Source of the DNA: a virus
Lineage: Duplodnaviria > Caudoviricetes
Length of the DNA: 64,000 bases
Strand: one strand, 5' to 3'
IMG/VR virus record: IMGVR_UViG_3300021400_000131
Coordinates: 12,648 to 76,647 of that record
The number at the start of each line of letters is the position of its first letter. Within the stretch, counting starts at the first letter, position 1. The notes under the pieces are model-generated. The model saw only the letters and a list, made by a program, of their open reading frames with translations. It ran no database searches and was not told the origin of the DNA. This document shows, piece by piece, positions 48,537-60,170 of this stretch. Made by a program: the position numbers and the translations under genes.

Positions 48537-51500
48537 ATGGCGAACCTGCACACCTTCAGTGAAGTCAGGAATGAGTGCCTTACGTGGCACTATGAGAACC
48601 GCAACAACATCAACGAGTTCTTCTGGAAGCTGCGAGAGGACGGCGCAGTGTACAGCCCGACGCTTGGCGCGGCGGTCCTGTGGTGCGAGTGGAAGTCTGG
48701 CGGCGAGGTTGTCGACCGAACGTTCGAGGTCGTGTTCGACGTGACGCCGGACAACCTTCGTGAGCACGTCGAGTTCATCAAGGAGTGGGGCGGCTGGGAC
48801 AAGTGGGCGACCGACCTGCTTGCAGACTTCGAGCATTACAGCTTCAACCTGAACGAAGAGGACGAGGTGCAGACGTGCATCGCCGTGCTTGCGGCCATCT
48901 GCACGGCCCCCGACTGGACGAGCAACCCCAAAGAAGTGCTTTGCCACAAGTGAGAGGAGCAAGGAATGGACAACAATCCCAACTACAACAAGACGCTCTT
49001 TCACCTCATCGCAACGAAGGCCGTCGAGATTTGCGACACCAATGGTGCCTACGAGGAGCTTGACGAGTACGACATTTCGCAGCTCCTACTTGCACTTGAG
49101 CGTCACGTTGACAAGAAAAACGGCGTGGTTGGTGCCGCCTTGTCGCTCGCAAGCGAGTGGATGACCGACTACGCCTCCGAGCTTGACGAATGCATCGAAG
49201 AGTTGCTGGACACGCTGTGTGCCCACGGCTACCTGATGAAGCTCAACAACAAGACCGACGCCGTTTACGTGAGCATGATGAGTGGCAAGTTTAAGTGTCT
49301 CCGAGAGGATTAGACATGGACAAGTACGAGGAACTTGCACTGGCAATCGTGGACTACGAGATGGTGGGCTACTACGACCTGATGGATGCCTACGGGAGCG
49401 AGACTAACGCCTTCCACTGCATCGTGAACGACCTGTACAGCAACAAGATTGACGTGAGCTGGTACAAAGAGCTGCTGGAACACGAGGAGCCTGACGAGGA
49501 AGAGACGGTGATGCTCAACCGCATCATCGAGCTGGCAGACGAGATTGAGAAGGAGAGCAACTAATGAGCGCAGAAAAGCAGCTTTTCCACCTGATGGCCG
49601 AGAAGATGCGGGAGCTGGCGTGCGAGACGCAGGGCTTCAAGCCGGATGATGAGGATGTGAGTGACGTTTTTTGCGCCCTCTGCATGTTGATTGATGGCAT
49701 GGACCACACGACAAGCCACGTCGAAACCGCCGCCGCCGCACTTGCCGTGGCGTCTGGCGAGTTCAGTAACGACCTGTATTACCACATCAACGAGCGTGGC
49801 GACACGTTCGACTGGTTGCTCGATTGCATGGTGAAGGACGAGATTCTTGAGCGCCTTGACGGCGACAACCACAAGGTCTACCTGCGTACTGACGAGTAAG
49901 GAGCACGACATGACCAAGTACGAGTGCAAGTGGTTCCACACTACGAGGAAGCACCCCCACGCATGGAGCGACGCCAAGGGAAGGGAGCTGATGGAGCTTG
50001 TTCACGACTACTACGACGATAAGGATGCTCTCATGGCCGACGTGCTGCGGCTGGCTGGTGAGAAGCGGTGCCTGCTCATCATGGACATGGACCCGAACCC
50101 CAAGCAGCGGTTCCCTATCTGGTGGTACCTGCATCCGTCCCTGCGCTTCGACGGCTGGCAGCTCAGCAGCTTCGACTACTGGGGCGCACGGTGCCACTAC
50201 GACGTGAAGCACGGAGACGTGCACGAGCTTTCCTACGACCTGCCTGACAACTTCGAGTGCTGGTACTACGGCAACTAGAGAGAGGACAACGAATGATTAT
50301 GACGTTTGAGCGCATCTACGAGGTGGAAGTCTACGCCTGTGACTACGACTTCGTGAACGACGAGTGGGATGACGAGAGGGATTGCGTCTCACAGAATCAG
50401 TACGACAGCTACAACGCAGCGGTGAGTGCCGTGCGCAGCATCACGCCGAAGGCGGCGATGAAGCTTGAGCGGAAGTACGACCGCAACGGTCTGGACATCG
50501 TGATCTACGAGCGCTGCTTCGCCAACGACGAGGAAGTGAGCTGGGAAGAGGTTGGGTGCGCCGAGTGGATTGGCGCGTGCTGCAATGTCATGGACGTGTA
50601 GGAAGGACAGGCAATGACCGACGAGTACAGGCTTTTCATCAGGGACAACGCAATCACGACAGAACAAGCGCTTTTCAACCTGCGCAACGCCTTGCGAGGC
50701 ACGAGCATCGACGAACTTGAGTCGAAGTCATACCACGTCGAGGAAATGCGGGGTGTCGTTAGCAGACTTGTTAGCAAGCTTGAGCGCATGGGACGAAACA
50801 ACGAGGAACAGGAGTAAGAGACATGGCAAAGAGCATCTACACGCTGGTGGACACGGACTACGTTCGTGACTACCTCATCAACAACACCGAGCTTATCGAC
50901 GATGACAACAGCATGACGGACGAGCAGCTTGACCAGACCATCGACCGCATCGTTTCCGCATCCACTGACGGGCGGCTCTTCGTGATGCTGGGAGAGTGCT
51001 TTGCGCACTCCCGCAAGTTCGACAAGCTGCTCGACCTCGTTGACAGCTGCATGTACGACTTCGTGGCCGAGTGCCTGAAGGAAATGGAGGAGTAGACATG
51101 GCATACAAGACCTTCGCAAAGACCGACATCGTTGTGCTCAACGCCTTCGAGGCTGCGGCATACGTCAACATGTGGTGCGAGTTCAACAACCGCGAGCCGT
51201 TCGGTGAGAGCGAGTTCAGTGACGCGCTTGACTACGGCATTGATGCCGGGGCGATCACGCAGCTGAACGATGACCAGTTCGAGTTGTGGTCACTTGAGAA
51301 CGTAGGCAACGTCATCCGCTATCAAGCAAGCTACCTTGTCAACGCCGACGTGCCCTACTACTTCGTCCGCATCTACAAGAACGATAAGGAGAACAAGCCA
51401 CTTGAGAGCCTGTTCAGCGAGCGTTGGCGCAAGATTCGCACCTTCACGCTCCGCTTCATCCCTAAGTACAAGGACTAAGGAGGACTAATCATGGCATTCG

Positions 51501-54500
51501 TCTATATCGACTGGCACAAGAACGAAACCATCCCCTACTGGAATGACATCTACGACGAGTGGAGTTGCACCGAATTCTTTGAGGAAGGTGATGACTACCT
51601 CGTGTTCCACAACACCGACAACAACGAGTATGCCGTGTATCTCAAGCTTGGCAACAACGGAGGGCTTTGCTCGCTCGTGCAGCACTTCGACCTGTTCAGC
51701 CGCCTTGTAGACAACGATGATGGGCTTTCGGACGAGCTGTACGGAGTCATCCGGCAGAAGGCAATCGACAAGGGCTTCCCCGAGCACTGGAACGAAATCA
51801 ACAGAACGATGACGTGGCGCACACTCATCAACGAGCTTCAAGTGAAGTACAAGGATGTCCTTGATGACCCTGCTCAGGTGTGGGTGCCGCAGGATGCGGA
51901 CTTCGACGAGTTCTCATTCATCACGGGCGTCAGCCCCTACCACCTTGGTGACACCCCTGGCTTCGACCACAGCAACCCCGTGTCAATCAATCTTCAGGAG
52001 GCTTAATCATGGGAGAACCTAAGTTCGACCTCACCTTCGAGTGGGGACACGACCTCAACGACGTGAGCCACAACATCCGAGACAGCGAGCGCGTTGACAA
52101 GATTTGCCCGGTGTGTGGCAGCGAGAACATCTACTGCTCGGTGGACGGCGAGAGCGATGACTTCGACACCATCACAAACCACTACATCTGCGGCGATTGC
52201 AACAGCGAGTTTAGCTACACGTGGTGGATTGGCAACGTGTACGTCTACAAGCAGGGACGCGTCGAGGACAAGGAGGAAGAGTAGGCATGACGCCACAAAA
52301 GAAAGCAGCCGTGTACAAGAAGCGCGCCATCGAGCAGGCACACCACCTTGCAGAGTTCTTCCAATGGCAGTACGACATGCCAGTGAAGGTCACATGCTAC
52401 GAGAAAGACAAGGTATGCAAGTTCTTCAACAGATACATTCCCGACGCCGTGCTCTTGGTTGACGGCAACACATGGAACGACCTGTACATCAACCTAAAGA
52501 CAGTCGAGGAAGTCTACGAATTTGGTGCCGCACTCAAGAGTGCGGCGCTTCGACTTGAGGAGGAGTAATGGCACGACGCAGGTTCGCGGACGGTGCTGGC
52601 TACACCCGCCACTGCTGGGAGTGCAGGCACGCCAAGGGCTGGAAGGACAGCGGCACCATCGATGGGAAGTGCGCCACGTGCGAGCTTACGGAACGCACGG
52701 TGTACAAGTTCAGCAGCCCGAACAACCCGTGCAGCCACCTTCCATACGAGTGTGACTACGAGAGCTAGGAGTAACGACATGTCACTGATGAAGAAAACGA
52801 AAGCAGGTACCATCATCGCCAACACATGGGGAAGGCGAGGGTCGTTCGATGACAAGACGGGGGACGCTGGTATCACGGTGGCGCTATATGGCACCACCCC
52901 AGTCGTGTCCGTCGAGTGCCAAGGAGACGAGCTGGTGCTGCTGGTGAATGACGAGGCGGCAGAGCGCAGCGGCTTCAAGGTCAGGCACACCAATCTGAAA
53001 TGGCAGGTGAAGTAATGAACATGTGCATGAGCGATTTCCAGTGGCCCAACCCGACGCACGAGTACAGCAATCTCAAGGAGGTCAACAGCTTCACCGACCT
53101 CCACCAGATCACAGCCGACGAGATGTGGGACAAGTTCGACATGCACTACAACTGCGTCGATACGCTCCCGCTCTACGTCAGCGACGATTGGAACCTCATC
53201 ATCAGCCCGTCAGCAGACGTTCTTGACGGACTTCGCTGGGGCGATGACGATTGGGGCAAGTGCTGGGGCTTCGAGTGGGCGATTCACGATGACACCGATG
53301 GCACTTGGGACGGCTCCTTGGCAGAGTACGGCTTTGGCTCGCCTTGGGAGGCGTTTCGTGTGGCTATGCGCTACCGTGACGCCTTCCTCGCTGGTGACAG
53401 CGAGGGGTTCAACGCAATCTAGGGAGTGATAGACATGACAGAGAGCGAAGTGAAGGACTATCTGCTCAGCGGCGGCGCGTTCTGGCACTGGCCCACTGGC
53501 ATTGTGATCTTCTACGACGAGGACTTTGACGAAATGTGCGAGAAAAGCGACACGTTCGGCGTGAGCGTCCTCAATCTCAGTGAGATGGAACCGGGCGGCT
53601 TCGAGGGTGTGTGGAGCGGCTACCACGCATCGAACGACTTCAGCATCGACCGTGACACCGCCGCACGCATCATTGCTGGCACGCCTGAATGGCTCAAGAC
53701 GAACGACCAGACGTGCAGCGAGCGTATGCTACTCGCAAAGGCGTGCTTCCACGAGTACGCCAGGGCTGCGGCATCAACGCTGCATAAGCTCAACCAAATC
53801 GCAACGTTTGAGGAGGAGTGAACATGACCGCACACGACATGTACGAGATGGCTGAGAGCCACTTCAACGCCATCTACCATGGCGGCTTGATTCGTGGCCG
53901 CAACATCGACGGCGAGGAGATCGCCGCCTACGTCTACGAGCTGTACGCCTACTTCGGTAGGCCAACCTACATCGACTGCGACGATGGCTTCAGGGTTAAG
54001 GAGCTTGACGCGCTCCGCATGATTCGCTCCTTGCAGCAGATGTACCCACCAATCGACCGCAGCGGCGACACGCGCCCCGAGAGGTTGCCGGATGCCGCAT
54101 ACGCAGCCTACGGCACGATGACGGACACCAACGACTACGAGCCGCTGGCTGACTACGGAAGGGAGTAAGCATGGCAAAGTTCGTGCAGTACGACGCCCTA
54201 GAGAAGTGGGCGAAGGACAACGACGTGAGCTTCCGCGTCGACCACTACAACGACTGCCACATTCTGAGCGTGAGTTGGTACCTCAAGCCCGTCGATGGCA
54301 CGAAATGGTGGCGGGCGCAGAGCCGCCCGGTCGTGTGGGGGCTGCTGCGGTATCAGCACAGTGGTGGCAAGGTCGACCTGCGGCCATGGAACAATCACGG
54401 CAAGGTGGCCGAGTTCGTCGGCATGTTCGACGAGATGCGCAAGAAGGCACCGATACAGCCGACACAGACGCTAGGAGCATTCCACTAGGCATCCGAGAGG

Positions 54501-54792
54501 GTGCCTAGTTCGTTAAAGGAGAGGAAAAGACATGCGCAACCATCAAGTTTGCTGCCCGCAGAAGCTCAACGAGCTTAGCAAGCTCGCCTGTGACACCGCA
54601 GAGCAGTGGAAGCGGATGCTTTGCACAAATGACAGCCGCTCCACGCTCACATACGAGAAGTTGGAGCAGATTCGCGCCCAGATTGAGAGCGAAATCAAAT
54701 ACCTGCACGACAGCGGATATGTCACCGCCTACAGCAGCGACACGCTGACATGGTATGCCATCGACGCCGACGAGCATTGCCCGTTGGTCTAG
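48537..54792 (+). other. Run of about 19 small, mostly acidic hypothetical genes
   Basis: Continuous chain of 60-170 aa ORFs with RBSs (e.g. 48537, 48966, 49316, 49564, 49910, 50293, 50614, 50823, 51098, 51491, 52009, 52288, 52568, 53426, 53818, 54171, 54532). Confidence 0.75.
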
Positions 54793-54806
54793 GAGAGGAG
54801 AAGGAC

Positions 54807-55325
54807 ATGCGATTCGTTTGGTTCAAGGCCGACTTCCGCACCCCCATCGAGGAGGTCAAGAAGCAGTACCGCAAGCTGGTCATGGAGCACCATCCCGACC
54901 GTGGCGGCTCCGAGGAGGACATGAAGGCCATCAACGCCGAGTGGGACTGGTTCAAGACGCACAACTACAACATCCACCAGACCAAGGAAGGCTCCGTGTA
55001 CACGGACGAGCGGCAGGACGTGCCCGATGAGGTCACCGAGCGCTTCGCGTGGCTCATCAACGTGCTCATCGCAATGGAGGGTGTCGGCATCGAGATTTGC
55101 GGGTCGTTCATCTGGCTGTCCGGCAACACCAAGCCCTACAAGGAGGTGCTGAAGGCTCTGGGCTTCCACTGGGCACGCAAGAAGCGCATGTGGTACATCG
55201 CGCCTACCAGCTACCGCAAGCGTGGCGGCGAGCGCACGATGGAAGAGATTCGCGGCTGGTATGGCTCCTACACGGTCACCCACGGCCACGAGGTGAAGGA
55301 CGAGCAGCTTATGCTCACGGCATAG
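54807..55325 (+). CDS. J-domain (DnaJ-like) protein
   Basis: VKKQYRKLVMEHHPDRGGSEEDMKAINAEW with HPD motif; C-terminal ICGSFIW...GFHWARKKRMWY domain. Confidence 0.85.
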   Translation: MRFVWFKADFRTPIEEVKKQYRKLVMEHHPDRGGSEEDMKAINAEWDWFKTHNYNIHQTKEGSVYTDERQDVPDEVTERFAWLINVLIAMEGVGIEICGSFIWLSGNTKPYKEVLKALGFHWARKKRMWYIAPTSYRKRGGERTMEEIRGWYGSYTVTHGHEVKDEQLMLTA

Positions 55326-55343
55326 AGAGGTGCGTGACTGAGG

Positions 55344-57297
55344 ATGAACTACAAGGCGATTGCGGTGGAGAGGGCTGGCGCGTTCGTCAACGAGCTGTGG
55401 CGCAAGACCGGGCACCAGTACGTGACACGAACATACACGCTCGGAAAGCACCACCTTGTGATACGAGACGTGAGCACGGGCAATGACGTCACCACCTTCA
55501 GCGGGAGCCGTTGGAGGGACGTTCTTGAGGGTGTGAGAGACGGATGGAACGCATACTGCGCCGTCCGCGATGCATAGAGACAAGCGAAAGGGAAATGACA
55601 TGGCAGACTTCACTTTCCTCGACCACAACGGCAAGGCGGCGTTCCCCGTGGCACATGTGCCGGACGAGGTGATCGCCGTGTTCGAGGACAACGGCATGAG
55701 GGTCGACGCACTGGACACATGGTGCGGGATGTACCGCTTCGAGCTTGAGGGGCACACCAACGCTGGCGGCGACATGCTGCACACCATCGAGGTCATCAGG
55801 GAGCAGGTGAGCGACCCGAAGGCGTGGTACCAGGCGTTCGACGAGGTGTATGAGTGCTTCGACCCGTGGGAGGAGGCTTTCAAGTGGTGCGACCAGTGGG
55901 GAAGGCCCGTCAGGACGCCTTTCGAGCATGGTGCCGACCTTTTCCACGACATTGAGGACTATGACAGCGACACGCTGAAGGAAATCGACAACAAGCTGCA
56001 CAAGCTGGCATTTGGGAGGTAGTTGACATGGCAGAGGCAAAGAAGAAGCTCACGGTGACCTACGAGGACGCGCTTGAGGCCGCATACGAGTTCTGGACGG
56101 ACTACTACGACGAGAGGGAGCACTACGACGCGGTTAAGGGTAGCCGCAGCCACGACTGGCGTGAGTTCATGAGCAAGGAGCTTCGGGTGATGGCAAGCAA
56201 GTCCTGCACCGCAGAATGGATACTCTGCGACATGTTCGGGCTGTCCGAGGAGCGCGTTCACGATGACTTGGTGGCTCTGAGGGCGAAAATCAGGGAGACG
56301 AGGGCTTCGGCATGAGATTCGAGCTGTTCGAGTGGCGCGACAGGCGCTACCAGCACGTCAAGTACGTGTACGTCACCAAGGACGAGGCAAAAGTGTACGA
56401 GAAGCGATTGAACGAGGGCTACACAGGCCCTCGTTTCATATTGAGGGAGGAAACGTGTCCTATCACACGCTAGAGCACAAGATTTCGTCGATGAGGGGCT
56501 GGAAACGGCCCCTCTACTCTGGAACGAGGGTCTACCGCACGAAGATGGACGTCATGAGGCGCATTTCGTGGCTTCAGCACGAGTACGGGGACGAGAACGT
56601 GGCCCACATGCCCTGCAAGGGCGACCCGAGCACGGAGATCGTGTACGTGAGGCTCAACTAGCGAATTTGGAGGCAGAAAATGGACGGACAGCTCGTTTTG
56701 GACCTGTTTGGGCACACAGAACCCAACCAGAGGGCGCTTGAGGGCTGCTTAGAGTGGCTTCACCGGGTCCACGGGTGCTCCGACGCCGTGGATGACGTCG
56801 TGAGGGCGATTTTCGAAGCCTGCGGATGCGACGGGTACGACCGTGCGAAGGTCATGACGGTACTCGACGGCGCACACCGCGTCAGCGGCTTCACGCTGGC
56901 CGACGCATCGCTCTTTGGCGTGTTCGACCCAACCCTCGACTACCACGTGTGCTGGGACAGGGCATGGGCGGCTAGGAAGGGCGTCTGGAAGCCGTTCATC
57001 GCCCTTGTACACTCCTGCGACTACAAGAGCATCGACAACCCCGGCTTCTATGACGCCAACGGCGAGAGAATCTAGCATCTGCAACGAGTTTTGGAGGTAT
57101 CAGGCATGATTGCGTCAGTCACGTTCACTAAGAGCATCAGGGAAGTCCCCACGACGTGTGCCAAGTGCCCGTTCGTGGACATTTGCGCCGAGGCGCTGCA
57201 CGGGATAACGAAGAGGGGCGGCATGGAGTACACCGTAGCCGCCATGAGGGGCAGGAACAAGCATTGCCCGCTCAAGATAGAGGAAGGGGGTCGCTAG
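55344..57297 (+). other. Small hypothetical genes (55344, 55600, 56028, 56312, 56455, 56680, 57106 starts)
   Basis: Tandem ORFs with RBSs. Confidence 0.65.
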
Positions 57298-57299
57298 TC

Positions 57300-57677
57300 A
57301 TGCGCAGCTACGCACTTCACCGCCCGATTGGCCCGTTCACGTGGCCGAGCGAGCACCACGACAAGGTTGCTGAGATTGTCAACTGGGACACCATGCAGTA
57401 CGTGCCGGAAATCAGGCGCAGCGCGTTCGGGTACATCGAGTGGACGGAGCTGCCGCCGATGGCCGACCTGAACCGCTACGAGCTGATGGTCCCGAAGGAG
57501 CAGGACGAGCTTCTGCCAAAGATTGGCCGTGCGCTCGCCATGATGTACGAGAGGGCGTGCGAGAGCGGCCTTGAGGGTGACCAGGAGCAGCTTCAGCGGT
57601 CGTGGGAGCGTGCGCGGGACAGGTACGGCTACACCGACGAGCAGATCGGCGACGCCATGTACGAGTTCTTGGACTAG
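57300..57677 (+). CDS. DarA C-terminal-like (polyvalent-protein) domain protein
   Basis: YALHRPIGPFTWP...IVNWD...AFGYIEW..LP...LNRYEL pattern. Confidence 0.55.
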   Translation: MRSYALHRPIGPFTWPSEHHDKVAEIVNWDTMQYVPEIRRSAFGYIEWTELPPMADLNRYELMVPKEQDELLPKIGRALAMMYERACESGLEGDQEQLQRSWERARDRYGYTDEQIGDAMYEFLD

Positions 57678-57687
57678 GTGGGCAGAA

Positions 57688-57906
57688 ATGACGGTTGGGA
57701 AGCGAATCAGGGCCGCTCGACGCAAGTTGGGGTGGACTCAGACGCAGTTGGGCGACATTGTTGGCCTCAGCAAGCAAGCAATCAGCGGATACGAGCACGG
57801 AAGCCACATTCCGAACGCCAATGCCATCAAGTACATCTGCCTTGCGCTGAAGGTGTCCTCTGACTGGCTCATCGGGCTTACGGATGACCCAAAACCACGC
57901 CCATGA
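57688..57906 (+). CDS. XRE HTH regulator ending the early block
   Basis: IRAARRKLGWTQTQLGDIVGLSKQAISGYEHGSHIP...VSSDWLIG. Confidence 0.9.
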   Translation: MTVGKRIRAARRKLGWTQTQLGDIVGLSKQAISGYEHGSHIPNANAIKYICLALKVSSDWLIGLTDDPKPRP

Positions 57907-57929
57907 GGCCATTTTTGGCCCTCTGGGCA

Positions 57930-58060
57930 CGAAAAAAGGCCCCCAACCACCCATTTTTGGGCAGTTGGGGGCCGTTCTTGGCATTCTGGGACGATTCTTT
58001 GGCCCTAAGAGCATGGAGCTCCGCGAGTCGCGGGCAGACTCCATGCTCTCAGGCCCAAAT
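57930..58060. terminator. Hairpins at the convergence of the two arms
   Basis: GGCCCCCAAC/GTTGGGGGCC (57938-57973) and AGAGCATGGAG/CTCCATGCTCT (58008-58049). Confidence 0.55.
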
Positions 58061-58068
58061 TTTGCCCT

Positions 58069-58850
58069 CTAGTAGTGTGAAACGACCTCCGCGACCAGCT
58101 CGCGCACCTCCTTTGGCGTGTCTGCGGTCACCTTGTGCAGCTCAAGCTCGTCTCGGTGCTCGATGCGCGTCTTTGCGATCGTCCCATCATCCAGACGGTG
58201 CCAGACGTCGTACTCGTAGCCCCCTGGCATGGCCTCGATGCTCACGCGCACGACCGCAGTGCCCTTCTCAAGGCCGGGAAGCCCCTTGATGTCCTTTGTT
58301 GCGACCAGAAACTTGAAGTCCATTGCCAAATCTCCCTACCTGAACCACTTGTTGCCCTTGGTGAACCATGCGCCGGGATGAATCTCGCCCTCAGCGTCAC
58401 GGAACGGCGTCGCGGACGGCTCCGGCTGCTTGGAAAGCCCCACGGGACGCACGCCTCTGTCGCCGTGCAGAATCTCCTCTAGCATCCGCGCGTCAAAAAT
58501 CTGCTGGAACCGCTTGTAGACGTATGCCCAGAAGAAGTCCTGATGGTAGTCATCCCACGTCTCGACCTCCGCGATGAGTTCGGGGCTGCGCTCCTCTAGC
58601 CTATCCCTGAAGAGCCTCTTCGACTGCTCCACTACGTCCATTTGATGGTTCCTCCCTTGCCTATGCGCGGGTAAGGCGGCACGACGGTGCCGCCAGACTC
58701 CACGAACACGTGGTACTCGGCAACGACGCCCTCGTTGACTTGGAGCAATGCGTCGGTCATGCCGTCCTCGTCGCTGATGAATGCGTCAACGCGGCTCGTC
58801 GGGAGCGCCCCGAAGAACTCGCGCCACAGCAGATCGATCTCGGCGCTCAT
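58069..58850 (-). other. Three small hypothetical genes (58069-58329, 58336-58641, 58632-58850)
   Basis: Abutting ORFs. Confidence 0.65.
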
Positions 58851-59644
58851 CGTCCCATCTCCTTGAGGTGCGCGATGCCGATGTGCTCCCACTGCTCTAT
58901 GGATGCGTCCATCGTCCTAGACAGGAGCGCCACCTGCTCGCCACGGCGCATACCGCTGAGCGATTCGACGTGGCGGACCTCCGAGAGGTCGCGTGCGATG
59001 GAGTTCCACGACTCCGCCTGTAGGTAGTAGCGCGTGACCATCTCCACGGTGAGGTCATCGGCTATCTTCGCCATCCCGTGAACGACGTCCCACGCCTCGT
59101 CAAGCGGCTCCTGAAGCTCAGCGACGTCCACAAGCTCATGCTGGGCGTCAAGCATCTCGTCCACCTTGCGCATGGGGTCAAGGATGCCGTGCTTGGAGTG
59201 CGGGCCAACGTTGTAGCCCTGCGGGCCGATGGCCTGCTTCTTCAGCTCCAAGTCCTCCTCGATGTGCCGTATTTGCAGCGCTGCGTCGCGCGCCGCGTCA
59301 AGAACCTCGCGTACCGTCAACTCTCCCCCATCCCTACGCGCCCTCGGGTGGCTGGTGAGGTGCCAGCCACCGCAGTACGGGCATTTGTAGACATAAAGGG
59401 GACTCTTGGAGTAGTGCCTTTCGATGTATTTGAGGGCTGATTGGCGGTTCTTGAAGCGCGACTTCCTGCCGCACGCGGAGTGACCTTCGTTAGCGTAGCA
59501 TTCCGTGACCCTCTTGTCACGCCGCTCGCGCTCGCGCTTGCGCTTGCGGTTTACTTTCTTCATTTTTGCCAGACGTCGCTCGGTCTTTGCGGGAAGGTAG
59601 CGCTTGTCCTCGTGCCACCTGCTGCCGTGCTTCGCCTTCGACAT
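58847..59644 (-). CDS. Zn-finger fused to RinA/ArpU-like transcriptional activator
   Basis: CGRKSRF...YKCPYCGGWHLTSH, then helical domain ending VTRYYLQAESWNSIA. Confidence 0.55.
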   Translation of the reverse strand: MSKAKHGSRWHEDKRYLPAKTERRLAKMKKVNRKRKRERERRDKRVTECYANEGHSACGRKSRFKNRQSALKYIERHYSKSPLYVYKCPYCGGWHLTSHPRARRDGGELTVREVLDAARDAALQIRHIEEDLELKKQAIGPQGYNVGPHSKHGILDPMRKVDEMLDAQHELVDVAELQEPLDEAWDVVHGMAKIADDLTVEMVTRYYLQAESWNSIARDLSEVRHVESLSGMRRGEQVALLSRTMDASIEQWEHIGIAHLKEMGR

Positions 59645-60165
59645 TATTTTCCCGTACTGCCAAGCCCGCTGTCTCCGCGCTCGCCGCCCGAAATCTCATC
59701 GACCTCGACGTAGGTGGGGTAGGCCACTGGCATAACGACGAGCTGCGTCACCTTGTCACCGGCCTTGAACTCCTTTGGGTAGTCGCCGTGGTTGTAGACG
59801 CGAAGGCGGATTGAGCCAGTGTAGCCCTCGTCGATGACACCCTCGACGTTGATGCACGCCTTGATGTTGAGGCCGGACTTGCTCTTGACCATGCCGACCG
59901 TGCCGCGAGGGAGCTGCACGTGCACGCCTGTGTCGATGTCCACGGAGCTGTGCGCTGGCACAGTGAAGCCCTCCATGCAGCAAAGGTCAGCGCCCGCATC
60001 CGTCGCGTGCGCACGGACGGGAAGCTTTGCGCCTTCGTCAAGGGTGACGCTCACGGTGGGGAGCCACGGCGATGGCGGCTCGGCCCGCGCTGGCTGAATG
60101 ATGTTGATGCAGCGCCAAACGACGCCCTCGACGTACTCCTCGAACTTCTCCTTCAGCTTGCCCAT
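59644..60165 (-). CDS. dut: Trimeric dUTPase
   Basis: AGADL, DTG, KSKSGL, GVIDEGYTG, VTQLV, ERGDSGLGSTG motifs. Confidence 0.95.
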   Translation of the reverse strand: MGKLKEKFEEYVEGVVWRCINIIQPARAEPPSPWLPTVSVTLDEGAKLPVRAHATDAGADLCCMEGFTVPAHSSVDIDTGVHVQLPRGTVGMVKSKSGLNIKACINVEGVIDEGYTGSIRLRVYNHGDYPKEFKAGDKVTQLVVMPVAYPTYVEVDEISGGERGDSGLGSTGK

Positions 60166-60170
60166 GTTGG

